This document shows positions 8,483 through 17,581 of a DNA stretch of 32,000 bases, piece by piece (position 1 is the stretch's first letter; every line of letters begins with the position of its first letter). Below the pieces are notes generated by a model. The model worked only from the letters and a program-made list of their open reading frames with translations, was not told the origin of the DNA and did not search any database. A program made the position numbers and the translations under genes. The DNA is taken from the NCBI RefSeq assembly GCF_007748075.1, contig NZ_CP036280.1, positions 2,010,001-2,042,000 of the forward strand, read 5' to 3'. Origin of the DNA: Mucisphaera calidilacus. Its GTDB lineage: Bacteria; Planctomycetota; Phycisphaerae; Phycisphaerales; Phycisphaeraceae.

Positions 8483-9157
8483 TTACGCCTCGAGCTGTCT
8501 GGCCTTACGCTTGAACAGCCGCTTCGCCTCGCGAACCATCACCAGACCCGACTTCGGCCCGGGGATCGGCCCCTTGACGAGCAGCAGATTGCGCTCCTTG
8601 TCAATTCCAACCACGGGTAGGCTACGCACCGTCACCCGTTCGTTACCCATTCGCCCGGCCATCCGGATGCCCTTCTTGGGCTTACCGGTACCCAGGTTGC
8701 TCGACCGGCCACCCACCGAACCCGGCGAGCGGTGCTTACGCTCGACGCCGTGGCTGGCCTCCTGACCGCGGAAGTTGTGACGCTTCATCACACCCGCGGT
8801 GCCCTTGCCCTTGCTCGTGCCGGTCACGTCCACAAACTTGACCGACTCGAACGCCTCAACCGTAATCGACTGGCCCAGCTCGAGGTCGGCCACAGCCTCC
8901 TCAGAGCGAACCTCACGCCGAAAACGCTTCGGACTCACGCCCGCTTTCGCGTCGTGCCCGATCTCGGGCAGCGTCGAACGGCTCGGACGGATGTCCTCGT
9001 AAGCGATCTGAACCGCGTGGTAACCGTCCGTGTCCTCAGTCTTGATCTGACTGACAAAGCACGGCCCGGCCTCTATGACGGTCACGGGAACGTTGTTCCC
9101 ATCGCCATCGTAGTAGCGGGTCATCCCAATCTTTTTGCCAAGGATCGCGGTAGGCAT
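8483..9157 (-). CDS. rplC: 50S ribosomal protein L3
   Basis: MPTAILGKKIGMTRYYDGDGNNVPVTVIEAGPCFVSQIKT...TSKGKGTAGVMKRHNFRGQEASHG. The 47-codon N-terminal extension of track ORF 8483..9298 is rejected. GGGAGG lies upstream of ATG 9157. Confidence 0.95.
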   Translation of the reverse strand: MPTAILGKKIGMTRYYDGDGNNVPVTVIEAGPCFVSQIKTEDTDGYHAVQIAYEDIRPSRSTLPEIGHDAKAGVSPKRFRREVRSEEAVADLELGQSITVEAFESVKFVDVTGTSKGKGTAGVMKRHNFRGQEASHGVERKHRSPGSVGGRSSNLGTGKPKKGIRMAGRMGNERVTVRSLPVVGIDKERNLLLVKGPIPGPKSGLVMVREAKRLFKRKARQLEA

Positions 9158-9272
9158 CGGCCAACGACCTCCCAGGGTGCTCTTCGAGCGGGTCTTGACC
9201 GAAGCCAGAGGACCATGCCCTGCTTGATAACGCTCCGCCGGCCTCGCCGACAGATAGGTTTCACAAAGCCAA

Positions 9273-9581
9273 CTAGGCCTTGATCTTGACGAACACACCG
9301 GCCGGGACCACCAGCCGGTTCAGAGCCTCGACCGTACGGCCGTTCGGCTCACGAATATCAATGATCCGCTTGTGCGTCCGAATCTCGAACTGCTCGCGGC
9401 TCTTCTTGTCAATGTGCGGACCACGCAGAACCGTGTAACGCTCGATCCGCGTCGGCAGAGGCACAGGGCCCGCAACCTTCGCGTTCGTACGCTTGGCGTG
9501 ATCGACGATCTCTCGCGCCGACGCGTCAAGCGCCTGGTGGTCATAGGCTTCCATGCGAATTCGGATCTTGCCAGCGGTCAT
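9273..9581 (-). CDS. rpsJ: 30S ribosomal protein S10
   Basis: [82 protein letters not shown]. Confidence 0.96.
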   Translation of the reverse strand: MTAGKIRIRMEAYDHQALDASAREIVDHAKRTNAKVAGPVPLPTRIERYTVLRGPHIDKKSREQFEIRTHKRIIDIREPNGRTVEALNRLVVPAGVFVKIKA

Positions 9582-9629
9582 GAGCGCTCCAGTTCAACCA
9601 TCGTCACCTCACACTGAGGCGAGCCGAAC

Positions 9630-9657
9630 AGTGTAACCAACTCACAACCCCTGTCAA
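9630..9657 (-). promoter_or_regulatory. Candidate sigma70-type promoter of the S10 operon
   Basis: On the - strand: TTGACA (9657-9652), a 16-nt spacer, then TACACT (9635-9630). This predicts a leader of about 40 nt containing the small hairpin CCTCA(9607-9611)/TGAGG(9615-9619). Confidence 0.45.
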
Positions 9658-9687
9658 CTCTGGAAACCGCCCACAACCCCAACCCCC

Positions 9688-10152
9688 TCAAGGCGTCTGC
9701 GTCGCCTCCTCCAGAACACGCTCGTCCACGTAAATCGGAACCTCACCCGCCACGCCGATCGCCAAAGCGTCACTCGGCCGGGAATCGACCTCCACCACGC
9801 TGTCCCCGCGACCTAACTGCAGCCTGGCAAAGTAGGTACCTTCCTTCAGGTCCGTGATCAGCACCGCACGAACCTCGTAACCCAGCTCCTCAATCACCGA
9901 CGCCAGCAACTCGTGGGTCTGGGGCCGAGGCGGAACCGCGCCGATCAGACGACGCTCGATCGCCTTCGCCTCCACAATCCCGATCAGGATCGCGAACACA
10001 CGCTCCCCGTCCACCTCACGCAGCTCCACAATGTGCGTGTCCGCCGTCTCCCGTATCAGGATCTTCGATAACTCCATCCGGACAGACATGCTTTCAAACC
10101 CTTCTGAGAACGCATCGGCGAACGAACCAGCAAACCCAAGTATAGCCATCAC
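9688..10152 (-). CDS. Bifunctional nuclease (BFN/DUF151) domain protein
   Basis: ...VRMELSKILIRETADTHIVELREVDGERVFAILIGIVEAKAIERRL...RPQTHELLASVIEELGYEVRAVLITDLKEGTYFARL...VDSRPSDALAIGV is the family-typical pattern. Start is uncertain: GTG 10152 or ATG 10089. Confidence 0.75.
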   Translation of the reverse strand: MMAILGFAGSFADAFSEGFESMSVRMELSKILIRETADTHIVELREVDGERVFAILIGIVEAKAIERRLIGAVPPRPQTHELLASVIEELGYEVRAVLITDLKEGTYFARLQLGRGDSVVEVDSRPSDALAIGVAGEVPIYVDERVLEEATQTP

Positions 10153-10168
10153 GACAGGCGACCGAGGT

Positions 10169-11512
10169 TCATCCCACCCGAATCAGAGCCCGAAATCCCC
10201 CGTCCCGATACCCGCACCCGCTGCCCCCCGGCAACTCAAGCTCCTGAGCCTCCACCGCCAGCCCCGCACGCTTGCGCACCAGCCGCTGAAGCTGCTGCTC
10301 GTTCTCCTCAGGCTCCAGGCTGCACGTGCTGTAGAGCACCGCCCCACCCGGTGCCGCCAACTCCACCGCACGCCGAAGAATCTGCTTCTGAACCCCGCGC
10401 ACGTCATCCAGACTCTGTGTCCGGAACCGATACCGCGCCTCCAGCCGACGCGCCAGCACCGCCGAATTCGAACAGGGAACGTCAGCCAGCACCAGGTCAA
10501 AAACCTCGCCGTCCAAACCCTCATCAGTCACCACCCGCAGCCGCTCATCGCCCGCCGCCACACGCCCCAGCGACGCCCGCCGCCCCGCGTGCGGCTCGTA
10601 GGCCCAAACCTGCGCCTCCGGATGCACCACGCGTGCCTGCACCGACTTCGTCCCGCGCCCGGCACACAGATCGAGAACCCGCCTCACCGCCATCCCCGCC
10701 GTCGACGCCACCGCAGCCGCCGCTCCGGGATCCTGAACCCGCGCCCCCGCGTGATCCCTCAACGCGCCCGCAAGGTCCCCCATCGCGCCCCGCCACACTC
10801 CGAAACCCGCTATCTCATGCCGCTCCCACACCTCATCCTCGGGCACACCGCCCGGGAACGCCGCAATCACGGGCGGAACCACCAGCGTCTGGGCCATCAA
10901 ACCCAACGCCTCATCCCCGAATCGACCCCGCCACCGCTTGACCAACTCACGACTCAGGCTGAACCCCGCCGACGCACACCCCACCCAGTCCGCCTCCGGA
11001 TCAGGCAGCACATCCACCGCAAAACGCTTGCCCCGGCCGCCAGTCAGCGGCACCACCCGAGAACTCAATCCCGCCCCCTCAACCACCTCCGACGCCCAGC
11101 CCGCGAGCTTCCGCAGCACCGCGTTCGCCAACCCCCCCGCGCCCGGCCGAACACGCTCCTTCGCGATATCCACATACGCCGTCACCACCGCAGGCCCAGG
11201 CGTCCCGTCCTGAAACACCAACTCATACGCCCCGGCCAGCAACAACCCATGCATCAGCGGCTCCAGCCGCCGAACCGGCTTGCGGTACGCATGACCCACC
11301 AGCGACTCGAGCGTCAGCCACCGACGCATCACCCCGTGATACAAGCCGTAAGCCGTCGCATCCCCCTCGCCCGAACCCTCTAATCCGTGCCCCGGATCCA
11401 ACGCCGGAAAAGCCTCCGCCGCCTCCGCCAGAGCGTCGATCGCCAACAGCCGCGAACGATCACGATCCCGGAGCACACTGGAGGGAGACGCCGACTCAGG
11501 CACGCGACTCAT
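10169..11512 (-). CDS. rsmB: 16S rRNA (cytosine-C5) methyltransferase, NOL1/NOP2/Sun family
   Basis: SAM-MTase motifs DLCAGRGTKS, VLADVPCSNSAVLARR and GGAVLYSTCSLEPEENE, plus a NusB-like N-terminal region. ATG 11512. Confidence 0.85.
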   Translation of the reverse strand: MSRVPESASPSSVLRDRDRSRLLAIDALAEAAEAFPALDPGHGLEGSGEGDATAYGLYHGVMRRWLTLESLVGHAYRKPVRRLEPLMHGLLLAGAYELVFQDGTPGPAVVTAYVDIAKERVRPGAGGLANAVLRKLAGWASEVVEGAGLSSRVVPLTGGRGKRFAVDVLPDPEADWVGCASAGFSLSRELVKRWRGRFGDEALGLMAQTLVVPPVIAAFPGGVPEDEVWERHEIAGFGVWRGAMGDLAGALRDHAGARVQDPGAAAAVASTAGMAVRRVLDLCAGRGTKSVQARVVHPEAQVWAYEPHAGRRASLGRVAAGDERLRVVTDEGLDGEVFDLVLADVPCSNSAVLARRLEARYRFRTQSLDDVRGVQKQILRRAVELAAPGGAVLYSTCSLEPEENEQQLQRLVRKRAGLAVEAQELELPGGSGCGYRDGGFRALIRVG

Positions 11513-13211
11513 CAGCCTTGGCCGACGCCGACTCGCCCGTAACGCCCAACGCCTTACGCACCTCTTCCAGCAACTGATCCACCTTAAAGGGCTTGAACAT
11601 CACGCTCGTCAGGCCCTCCTGACTCGCACGAACAATCGAGTGATGCGGGTCGTAGCCAAACCCCGTCATCAGCACCACCGGCAGCCCCTCCTGCTCACGC
11701 TGCGCCGCTGCGAAAATCTCATAACCGTTGCGATAGGGCATCCGGATGTCCGAGACCACCAGATCAAACTTCTGCTGCTCCAGCCGACAACACGCCTCAT
11801 ACCCATCCTTGCACACCTCCACCGCGCAGCCCTGACGCGTCAGAATCTCCTTGATCGTCTCCCGGATATTCCGCTCGTCGTCCGCCACGAGAACACGCTT
11901 GGCCGACAACTCAGGATCAACCGCCACCTCACGCCCGTCACTCGACTCCAGCACCACGCCCGGACCCGCCGCCGCCTGCTTGATCGAGTTACGCATCTCC
12001 TGAACATGCTCAATGATCCGGCCCAGACGCTCACGCATCGTGTCGTCGCCGATGTACTCCTCCATCAGCGTCTGCGCCTCGGTCACCACGTCATTCAGAG
12101 GCACCGCCAGACCCTGCACCACCGAGTCCGCCACCTGACCCGACGTCGTGCAACGCTCGACCAGCAGCAGGTCCAGCATGTGCAAAGCCTGAGCCACGGG
12201 CCGGGCAAAAATCTCAGCAAACTGCCGGTCGTCCTCCGTGAACGCCCCCACCGTCTCCGACTCCACGTTGTAGACGCCGATAACACGGTCATCCAGCATC
12301 AGCGGAACCGTCAGCGAACTCATGCAGTGCTCGAGACCCACCACGTAACGCGGGTCCTTCTCCGTGTCGTGACAGATGTAACTCCGGCCCGTCGACGCCA
12401 CATACCCGCTGATCCCGTTCCCCTCGGGCTGGGCATAGAGATCAATCTGCAACGCATCCGAAGGCAGTCCCTCCGCGATCACCACCTCCAGCTTGTTGCT
12501 CCTGCGATCCAGCAACCGGATCGCGAAGTGATCGAAGTGCATCAGGTCCTTCGAATACTTGATGATCTTGTCCTGCAGCAACTTCAGACGCTCGGGAGGC
12601 GAGAGCTTCGTCACCGACTCGCGGTCGATCCGCGATAGCTCACGCCCCGAAGCATCAATCGCATCGATCTTCCCCTGGATCCGGCGGCCACTCGTCGCGT
12701 CCCAGACCACGCCCACCACCTGCCGGACGTGTCCCTCCTCATCCGGCACGCCCGAACAGATCATCTCGAAGTACTGCTCACCCACCTGAAACGTGAACTT
12801 CTTCGATCGCGGCTGACCCGCGCCCTCAGGCACCGGCGACGCCTGCGACGAGAAAATCGTCAACGCCTGCAGACCGATCCGCTTCGCCTGCTCGAAAACG
12901 TCCGGCCGGAACGTCCGCATCTTCTTGTTGCACCACGAACTCCGCCCTTGCCGGTCCACCACCAGCACGCCCTCGCCAATCGTGTTGAGCACCAGCGAGG
13001 CACGATCCTCGACCAACGCCCGCTCCAACGGCAGAAAATCGCCCACCGCCGCGAACACCGCGTCGAACTGACCACGCTTGAGCGCGTCGATCGCCAGCGT
13101 CACCTCGTCCAGTCGCTCAATGTCAAAGCTCGCCTCAAGATGGGCCGACGCGGTCTCCTCAACCGGCAGGCCGCTGCCCAGAATCATGATGCGAGGACGG
13201 TGTTCACTCAT
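11496..13211 (-). CDS. Multidomain signalling protein: degenerate receiver-like N-terminus, PAS, GAF, His-less DHp-like helix, C-terminal receiver
   Basis: The C-terminal REC is intact (VLVADDERNIRE...FDLVVSDIRMPYRNG...VVLMTGFG...FKPFK). GAF-like segment: GISGYVASTGRSYICHDTEKDPRYV...VPLMLDDRVIGVYNVES. Start trimmed to ATG 13211. The stop overlaps the rsmB start by 17 nt. Confidence 0.8.
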   Translation of the reverse strand: MSEHRPRIMILGSGLPVEETASAHLEASFDIERLDEVTLAIDALKRGQFDAVFAAVGDFLPLERALVEDRASLVLNTIGEGVLVVDRQGRSSWCNKKMRTFRPDVFEQAKRIGLQALTIFSSQASPVPEGAGQPRSKKFTFQVGEQYFEMICSGVPDEEGHVRQVVGVVWDATSGRRIQGKIDAIDASGRELSRIDRESVTKLSPPERLKLLQDKIIKYSKDLMHFDHFAIRLLDRRSNKLEVVIAEGLPSDALQIDLYAQPEGNGISGYVASTGRSYICHDTEKDPRYVVGLEHCMSSLTVPLMLDDRVIGVYNVESETVGAFTEDDRQFAEIFARPVAQALHMLDLLLVERCTTSGQVADSVVQGLAVPLNDVVTEAQTLMEEYIGDDTMRERLGRIIEHVQEMRNSIKQAAAGPGVVLESSDGREVAVDPELSAKRVLVADDERNIRETIKEILTRQGCAVEVCKDGYEACCRLEQQKFDLVVSDIRMPYRNGYEIFAAAQREQEGLPVVLMTGFGYDPHHSIVRASQEGLTSVMFKPFKVDQLLEEVRKALGVTGESASAKADESRA

Positions 13212-13265
13212 AAAGGACCTGCAGGCTCGGGTCTTGGACGAGGTTAATCGCCTTAACAAGTGTAC

Positions 13266-13281
13266 TCGGGCAGAAGCCCGA
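13266..13281 (-). terminator. Possible hairpin after the polyprenyl synthase gene
   Basis: TCGGGC(13266-13271)/GCCCGA(13276-13281) with a 4-nt loop. There is no clear U-tract. Confidence 0.25.
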
Positions 13282-13323
13282 AGGAAGCGTAATCACGCTC
13301 CGTTCACATATCGGACTATCGGT

Positions 13324-14361
13324 CTAAACCCACCGGTCCACCACTTGTTCCGACAAACCCGCTAACGCCCGCACCGCCGGCCCCTCGGATAAACCCCCCA
13401 ATCCCTCCTCAACACCCACAGCCAGCAGCCCGCGCGCTTCGTCGCGAGCCGCGTCCAGGGCACCGCTGGCCACGATCTGGCCCCTCAGCGACCTCAAAAC
13501 ATCCTCAAACTCGTTTTCAGGCATTTCCCCCAGTGCCGAGAACGTCTCAATCAGCGATCCTCGCTCCGCCTCCTCCAGCATCGACAGGTACACGATCACC
13601 GGGAGCGTCAGCTTGCCCTTACGCAGATCAACACCCAGCGTCTTGCCCACCTCGCGCTCCTCACCCACGAGATCCAGCACGTCGTCTGCCACCTGGAACG
13701 CCACGCCCAGACTCTCGCCAAAACGCCACAAACCCCCCATCACCCCCGAATCATCCCGCCCCGGCACCGCAGGCGTGCCCCGCCACAACGCACCCCCCAG
13801 CCAGCAGCACAGCCCGCAAAGTCCACCCGTCTTACGCCGGACGATCTCCAGGTACGTCCTGCGGTCCAGCGACCAGTTCTCCCGATTCTCCAGCTGGAGC
13901 AACTCCCCCTCACAAACCGTATTCGTCACGCGTCCCACCGCTCGACTGATCCACGTCCCCTCAAGTGACGAACACAGGTGATACGCATGGCTGATCAGGT
14001 AATCACCCAGCATCACCGCGGCCTCGTTGCCGCGCAGGTGATTGATCGTCGCGCCGCGACGACGAAGGTCCGCCTCATCCAGAATGTCGTCGTGCACCAG
14101 CGTCGCCATGTGGATCATCTCAACCACCGTCGAAGCAACACGATGCGCCTCCGAAACCCGATCCCCCCCCTCGCTCGTCGCGTACCCCGCAAGAAGCAGC
14201 AGACTCGGCCGAAGCATCTTCCCCCGGTAACGCTGGACATAAGACGACAGCCAGTTCACACACGACAGCTCACTCGACAGCTCCGCCTCAAAACGCGATA
14301 CAACGCCCTCGAGTTCCTCGTCCAGCCACGACTGCAAGGCCGAATCATGCGTACTGATCAC
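13324..14361 (-). CDS. Polyprenyl diphosphate synthase (IspB/octaprenyl-type)
   Basis: First and second Asp-rich motifs are present: LVHDDILDEADLRRRG and FQVADDVLDL. Apparent GTG start at 14361. Confidence 0.88.
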   Translation of the reverse strand: MISTHDSALQSWLDEELEGVVSRFEAELSSELSCVNWLSSYVQRYRGKMLRPSLLLLAGYATSEGGDRVSEAHRVASTVVEMIHMATLVHDDILDEADLRRRGATINHLRGNEAAVMLGDYLISHAYHLCSSLEGTWISRAVGRVTNTVCEGELLQLENRENWSLDRRTYLEIVRRKTGGLCGLCCWLGGALWRGTPAVPGRDDSGVMGGLWRFGESLGVAFQVADDVLDLVGEEREVGKTLGVDLRKGKLTLPVIVYLSMLEEAERGSLIETFSALGEMPENEFEDVLRSLRGQIVASGALDAARDEARGLLAVGVEEGLGGLSEGPAVRALAGLSEQVVDRWV

Positions 14362-14501
14362 AAGCCGCTCACTCAGTCAACGCCCCACGCCCGCAACCCA
14401 CGAGGATCACGCATAAAACGCTCGGCGAATACCCTAAGAATAGGTACCCTATGAGCTTCGAGACCGCCGCGTCGAATCGAACGCTCTAGCGAAACCCAAC
14501 G

Positions 14502-15746
14502 ATGCCCGAAAGCAAACGCGCAAATATCGATTCCATGGTCGGCCGCGTCGTGGTCGAGAAGGGACTCGCCACACCCAGCGAGGTCCAGAAGTGCCTCGAA
14601 CTCCAACGCGCCGCCAACGACGGCTCCGACCCCAGGCACGCCAGCCTCGCCCACTTCCTTGTCGCCGAGGGCATTGTCACCCGCAAACAGATCGAACGAC
14701 TCCGACCCGACCTCGAGGAACAAAAAGCCGAACAGCAGCAGCTCCCGGGCTACGAGCTCCTCGGCCGACTCGGTGCCGGCGCCATGGCCACCGTCCACAA
14801 GGCCAGGCAACTCTCCCTCGACCGACTCGTCGCCATCAAAGTCCTCCCCCGCAAGCACACCAACAACCCGCAGTTCGTCGAACGCTTCTACGCCGAGGGA
14901 CGAGCCGCCGCCAAACTCAATCACCCGAACATTGTTCAGGCTATCGACGTCGGGAAGGCCGGGAACTACCACTACTTCGTCATGGAGTACGTCGAGGGAC
15001 GGACCGTCTACGAAGACCTCGCCGAGAAGGGACACCTCTCCGAAGAGGAATCCCTCAACATCGCCATTCCCATCGCCAAGGCACTCGAACACGCCCACGA
15101 CGCCGGGTTCATCCACCGCGACGTCAAGCCCAAGAACATCATGCTCACCAACGACGGCAAGGTGAAGCTCGCCGACATGGGACTCGCCCGCGCCGTCTCC
15201 GACCGCGAGGCCGCCGAGGCCGAAGCCGGCAAGGCCTACGGAACCCCCTACTACATCTCGCCCGAGCAGATACGAGGCGAACGCAACGTCGACTTCCGCG
15301 CCGACATCTACGGCTTCGGCGCAACCCTCTACCACATGGTCACCGGACAGGTCCCCTTCGACGGACCCAACCCCTCCGCCGTCATGCATCAGCACCTCAA
15401 GGCCGACCTCGTCCCGCCCGACCACCTCAACCCCAAGATCTCAACCGGCCTCGGCGAAATCATCGAGGTCTGCATGGCCAAGAACCGCAACAAACGCTAC
15501 GCCACCACACACGACCTCCTCGACGACCTCACCACCGTTCAGAAAGGCGAAGCGCCCCTCCACGCCCGCAAACTCTTCGACATGTCCTCCCTCTCCGTCC
15601 TCGCGGGCGACACCCCCGAAGCCGCACCCCTCGTCGAACTCACCCAGGCACCCGCCAACGTCGGCATGAGCCCCGTCTTCTGGCTCGCCGCCATCGGATG
15701 GGCCGTCGCAGGCGCCCTCTTCCTCGCCCTGCTCATGTCCAACTGA
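14502..15746 (+). CDS. Membrane-anchored Ser/Thr protein kinase
   Basis: GRLGAGAMATVHKA...VAIKVL, HRDVKPKNIML, DMGLAR and GTPYYISPEQ, plus a C-terminal TM segment (VFWLAAIGWAVAGALFLALLM). ATG start. Confidence 0.9.
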   Translation: MPESKRANIDSMVGRVVVEKGLATPSEVQKCLELQRAANDGSDPRHASLAHFLVAEGIVTRKQIERLRPDLEEQKAEQQQLPGYELLGRLGAGAMATVHKARQLSLDRLVAIKVLPRKHTNNPQFVERFYAEGRAAAKLNHPNIVQAIDVGKAGNYHYFVMEYVEGRTVYEDLAEKGHLSEEESLNIAIPIAKALEHAHDAGFIHRDVKPKNIMLTNDGKVKLADMGLARAVSDREAAEAEAGKAYGTPYYISPEQIRGERNVDFRADIYGFGATLYHMVTGQVPFDGPNPSAVMHQHLKADLVPPDHLNPKISTGLGEIIEVCMAKNRNKRYATTHDLLDDLTTVQKGEAPLHARKLFDMSSLSVLAGDTPEAAPLVELTQAPANVGMSPVFWLAAIGWAVAGALFLALLMSN

Positions 15747-15816
15747 CCCGCACAGACCCACCCCATCCGGGATTCCTCACCCAACCCCGGAACAATCCGG
15801 CCCATCAACCCGGTTA

Positions 15817-15850
15817 TGCACCTTTGGACGACCCCTCAACCCAAGGTGCA
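15817..15850 (+). promoter_or_regulatory. Hairpin whose 3' arm contains the putative SD of the thioredoxin-like gene
   Basis: TGCACCTTTGG(15817-15827) pairs with CCAAGGTGCA(15841-15850): 10 bp with one bulged T and a 13-nt loop. AAGGTG (15843-15848) lies 8 nt upstream of ATG 15857. Confidence 0.3.
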
Positions 15851-15856
15851 CCACCT

Positions 15857-16366
15857 ATGCCCACACGCAACCGCCACCAGCGAACCCGCCAACTCGCCGG
15901 CATCGTCATCCTCGCCGCCCTGGCCATCACCGCTGCCGCCTACCTCCGCATCACCCCCCAGGCCTCCGCCTCCCTTGAAAACACCCCCTGGGCCCTCGCC
16001 GACCAGATCGACACCGCCGATCCCCGACCCCAGCTCATCGTCTTCAGCGCCGACTGGTGCCCCCCCTGCTCCGCCCTCAAGACCTACGTCCTCAGCCAGC
16101 CCGACGTCATCGAGTCCCTCGGCCAGCACGCCCAACTCATCCACGCCGACCTCACCGCCGAGGGCGAAGCCGCACGCGCCGCCGAACAACTCGCTGACCG
16201 ATACGACGTCCAGGCCATCCCCACCTCCATCCTCCGCGACGCCCAAGGCAACCCCATCGCACGCACCTCCGGCTCCGCCTCCGCCGGCGACTACCTCGGC
16301 TGGTTCAGAGATTCACTCCCTCAGGTCGATAACCCCTCCGTCGGGAACCACGCGACGTCGCCCTGA
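15857..16366 (+). CDS. Membrane-anchored thioredoxin-fold protein (WCPPC)
   Basis: Only the last 169 codons of track ORF 14591..16366 look real: [30 protein letters not shown] (TM anchor)...[15 protein letters not shown]...AIPTSIL. Confidence 0.75.
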   Translation: MPTRNRHQRTRQLAGIVILAALAITAAAYLRITPQASASLENTPWALADQIDTADPRPQLIVFSADWCPPCSALKTYVLSQPDVIESLGQHAQLIHADLTAEGEAARAAEQLADRYDVQAIPTSILRDAQGNPIARTSGSASAGDYLGWFRDSLPQVDNPSVGNHATSP

Positions 16367-16377
16367 AAGGAAAACCC

Positions 16378-17436
16378 ATGACCTCACCCCTGCGATCGAT
16401 CGTCGATCTCGGAACACGGCTCTGGCTCGATTCCATCGACCCCGAACAGATCGAACGCAGCAAGGACATGGGCGCCACCGGAGCCACCTCCAACCCGCTC
16501 ATCATCGCCGACCTCATCGAGACCGGACGCTTCGACGACAAACTCGCCACCTTCATGGAAAAAGACCTCTCCGATGAAGACATCGCCTGGGCCATGACCA
16601 ACCAGCTCGTCACCAACGCCCAGGACGCCTTCTTCGACGTCTGGGACCAGACCCAGGGCAACGACGGCTACGTCAGCTTCGAACTCGACCCCCTCCTCGA
16701 AGACGACGACCAGGCCCCCCCCATCGAGCAGCGCATCGCACGCTACGGCGAACTCGGCAAGAAGTGGGCCGCCGGCCAGCCCAACCGCATGATCAAGGTC
16801 CCCGCCACCACCGCCGGACTCGCCGCCCTCGAAGACCTCGCCGCCGCCGGCGTCTGCCTCAACGTCACCCTGATCTTCTCCGACAAACAATACGAAACCG
16901 CACGCGACGCCATCTGGCGCGGCGCCCAGCGACGCAGCAACGGACTCAAGACCTTCAAGAGCGTCTACTCCATCTTCGTCTCACGCGTCGACGTCTACAC
17001 CCGCCAGCAACACCCCGACCTCTCCCAGGACGCCCAGGGACGCGTCGGCCTCGTCAACGCCAAACGCATCGCACGCGCCAACCGCGACTTCTGGGCCGAC
17101 AAGGACACGCCCCTCGACCAGGAAATCGTCTTCGCCTCCACAGGCGTCAAGAACCCCGACGACCCCGACGACCGCTACATCAGCCAGCTTGTCGGCTCCG
17201 ATATCCAGACCAACCCCCCCGCCATCAACGACGCCATCGAGAAAATGGGTAAAACCTACACCCGCACCATCGACACCCTCCCGCCTCAACACGTCCTCGA
17301 CGAGATCGACCGCACCATCGACCCCGCCCACCTCGAGGAAACCCTCCTCCGCGAGGGCACCGCCAAGTTCGCCGACCCCCACAAAAAACTCCTCGCCCTC
17401 ATCGCACGCAAACGCGGCTCCCTCTCCAACGCCTGA
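16378..17436 (+). CDS. tal: Transaldolase
   Basis: [29 protein letters not shown]...[31 protein letters not shown]...IFVSRVD. AAAGGAAAA SD. Begins 11 nt after the upstream gene. Confidence 0.9.
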   Translation: MTSPLRSIVDLGTRLWLDSIDPEQIERSKDMGATGATSNPLIIADLIETGRFDDKLATFMEKDLSDEDIAWAMTNQLVTNAQDAFFDVWDQTQGNDGYVSFELDPLLEDDDQAPPIEQRIARYGELGKKWAAGQPNRMIKVPATTAGLAALEDLAAAGVCLNVTLIFSDKQYETARDAIWRGAQRRSNGLKTFKSVYSIFVSRVDVYTRQQHPDLSQDAQGRVGLVNAKRIARANRDFWADKDTPLDQEIVFASTGVKNPDDPDDRYISQLVGSDIQTNPPAINDAIEKMGKTYTRTIDTLPPQHVLDEIDRTIDPAHLEETLLREGTAKFADPHKKLLALIARKRGSLSNA

Positions 17437-17503
17437 CCACCGATCACCCCGCCCCCAGCACGCCCTGAACACCCCCCGGGCACGAGCCGGTCAAAACCCG
17501 AGC

Positions 17504-17532
17504 TTGACCGCTTTCCATAACCCCTTGATACT
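17504..17532 (+). promoter_or_regulatory. Candidate sigma70-type promoter for the BamB-like gene
   Basis: TTGACC (17504-17509), a 17-nt spacer, then GATACT (17527-17532), about 50 nt upstream of ATG 17582. Confidence 0.4.
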
Positions 17533-17581
17533 GCCACAACCACGTTTCAAGGCTTACACCGGCCGCGGAGACCCCCGAGCG

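Noticed and set aside
14430-14489. Direct repeat TACCCTA (14430-36 and 14445-51) and a 12-codon uORF (ATG 14451 ... TAG 14489) upstream of the kinase.
   Set aside because: A 7-mer repeated twice and a tiny ORF with no SD are within chance expectation. Without conservation data I cannot support either as a feature.
14373-15425. Long - strand ORFs rich in Gly/Val/Asp/Glu/Ala antisense to + strand genes (350 aa here). Others: 15836-16246, 16384-16890, 16981-17472, 17444-18274, 18675-19157, 27933-28496, 28703-29266, 30766-31269, 31470-32000.
   Set aside because: This is the mirror image of the case above. The + strand genes use NNC codons, so the antisense frame reads GNN (Gly/Val/Ala/Asp/Glu) and has no stops. 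The sense-strand proteins (kinase, tal, BamB-like, hpnC/D, gmd) are clearly real.
14591-15856. N-terminal 422 codons of the 591-aa track ORF 14591..16366.
   Set aside because: This part is an out-of-frame overlap with the Ser/Thr kinase and is Arg/Pro/His-rich junk. Only the segment from ATG 15857 (TM anchor plus WCPPC thioredoxin fold) looks like a protein.
16046-16060. C7 homopolymer encoding the CPPC active site of the thioredoxin-like protein, and the C8 run at 14163-14170 inside the polyprenyl synthase gene, considered as possible slip-strand phase-variation tracts.
   Set aside because: The runs follow directly from Pro (CCC) and Gly (GGG) codon preference in this skewed genome. They are short and sit in essential motifs, and nothing suggests length variability.
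17488-17516. Hairpin CGGTCAA/TTGACCG after tal, considered as an intrinsic terminator.
   Set aside because: The stem is 7 bp with a 9-nt loop and only a CTTTCC tail, and it overlaps the candidate -35 of the next gene. It is too weak to call as a terminator.
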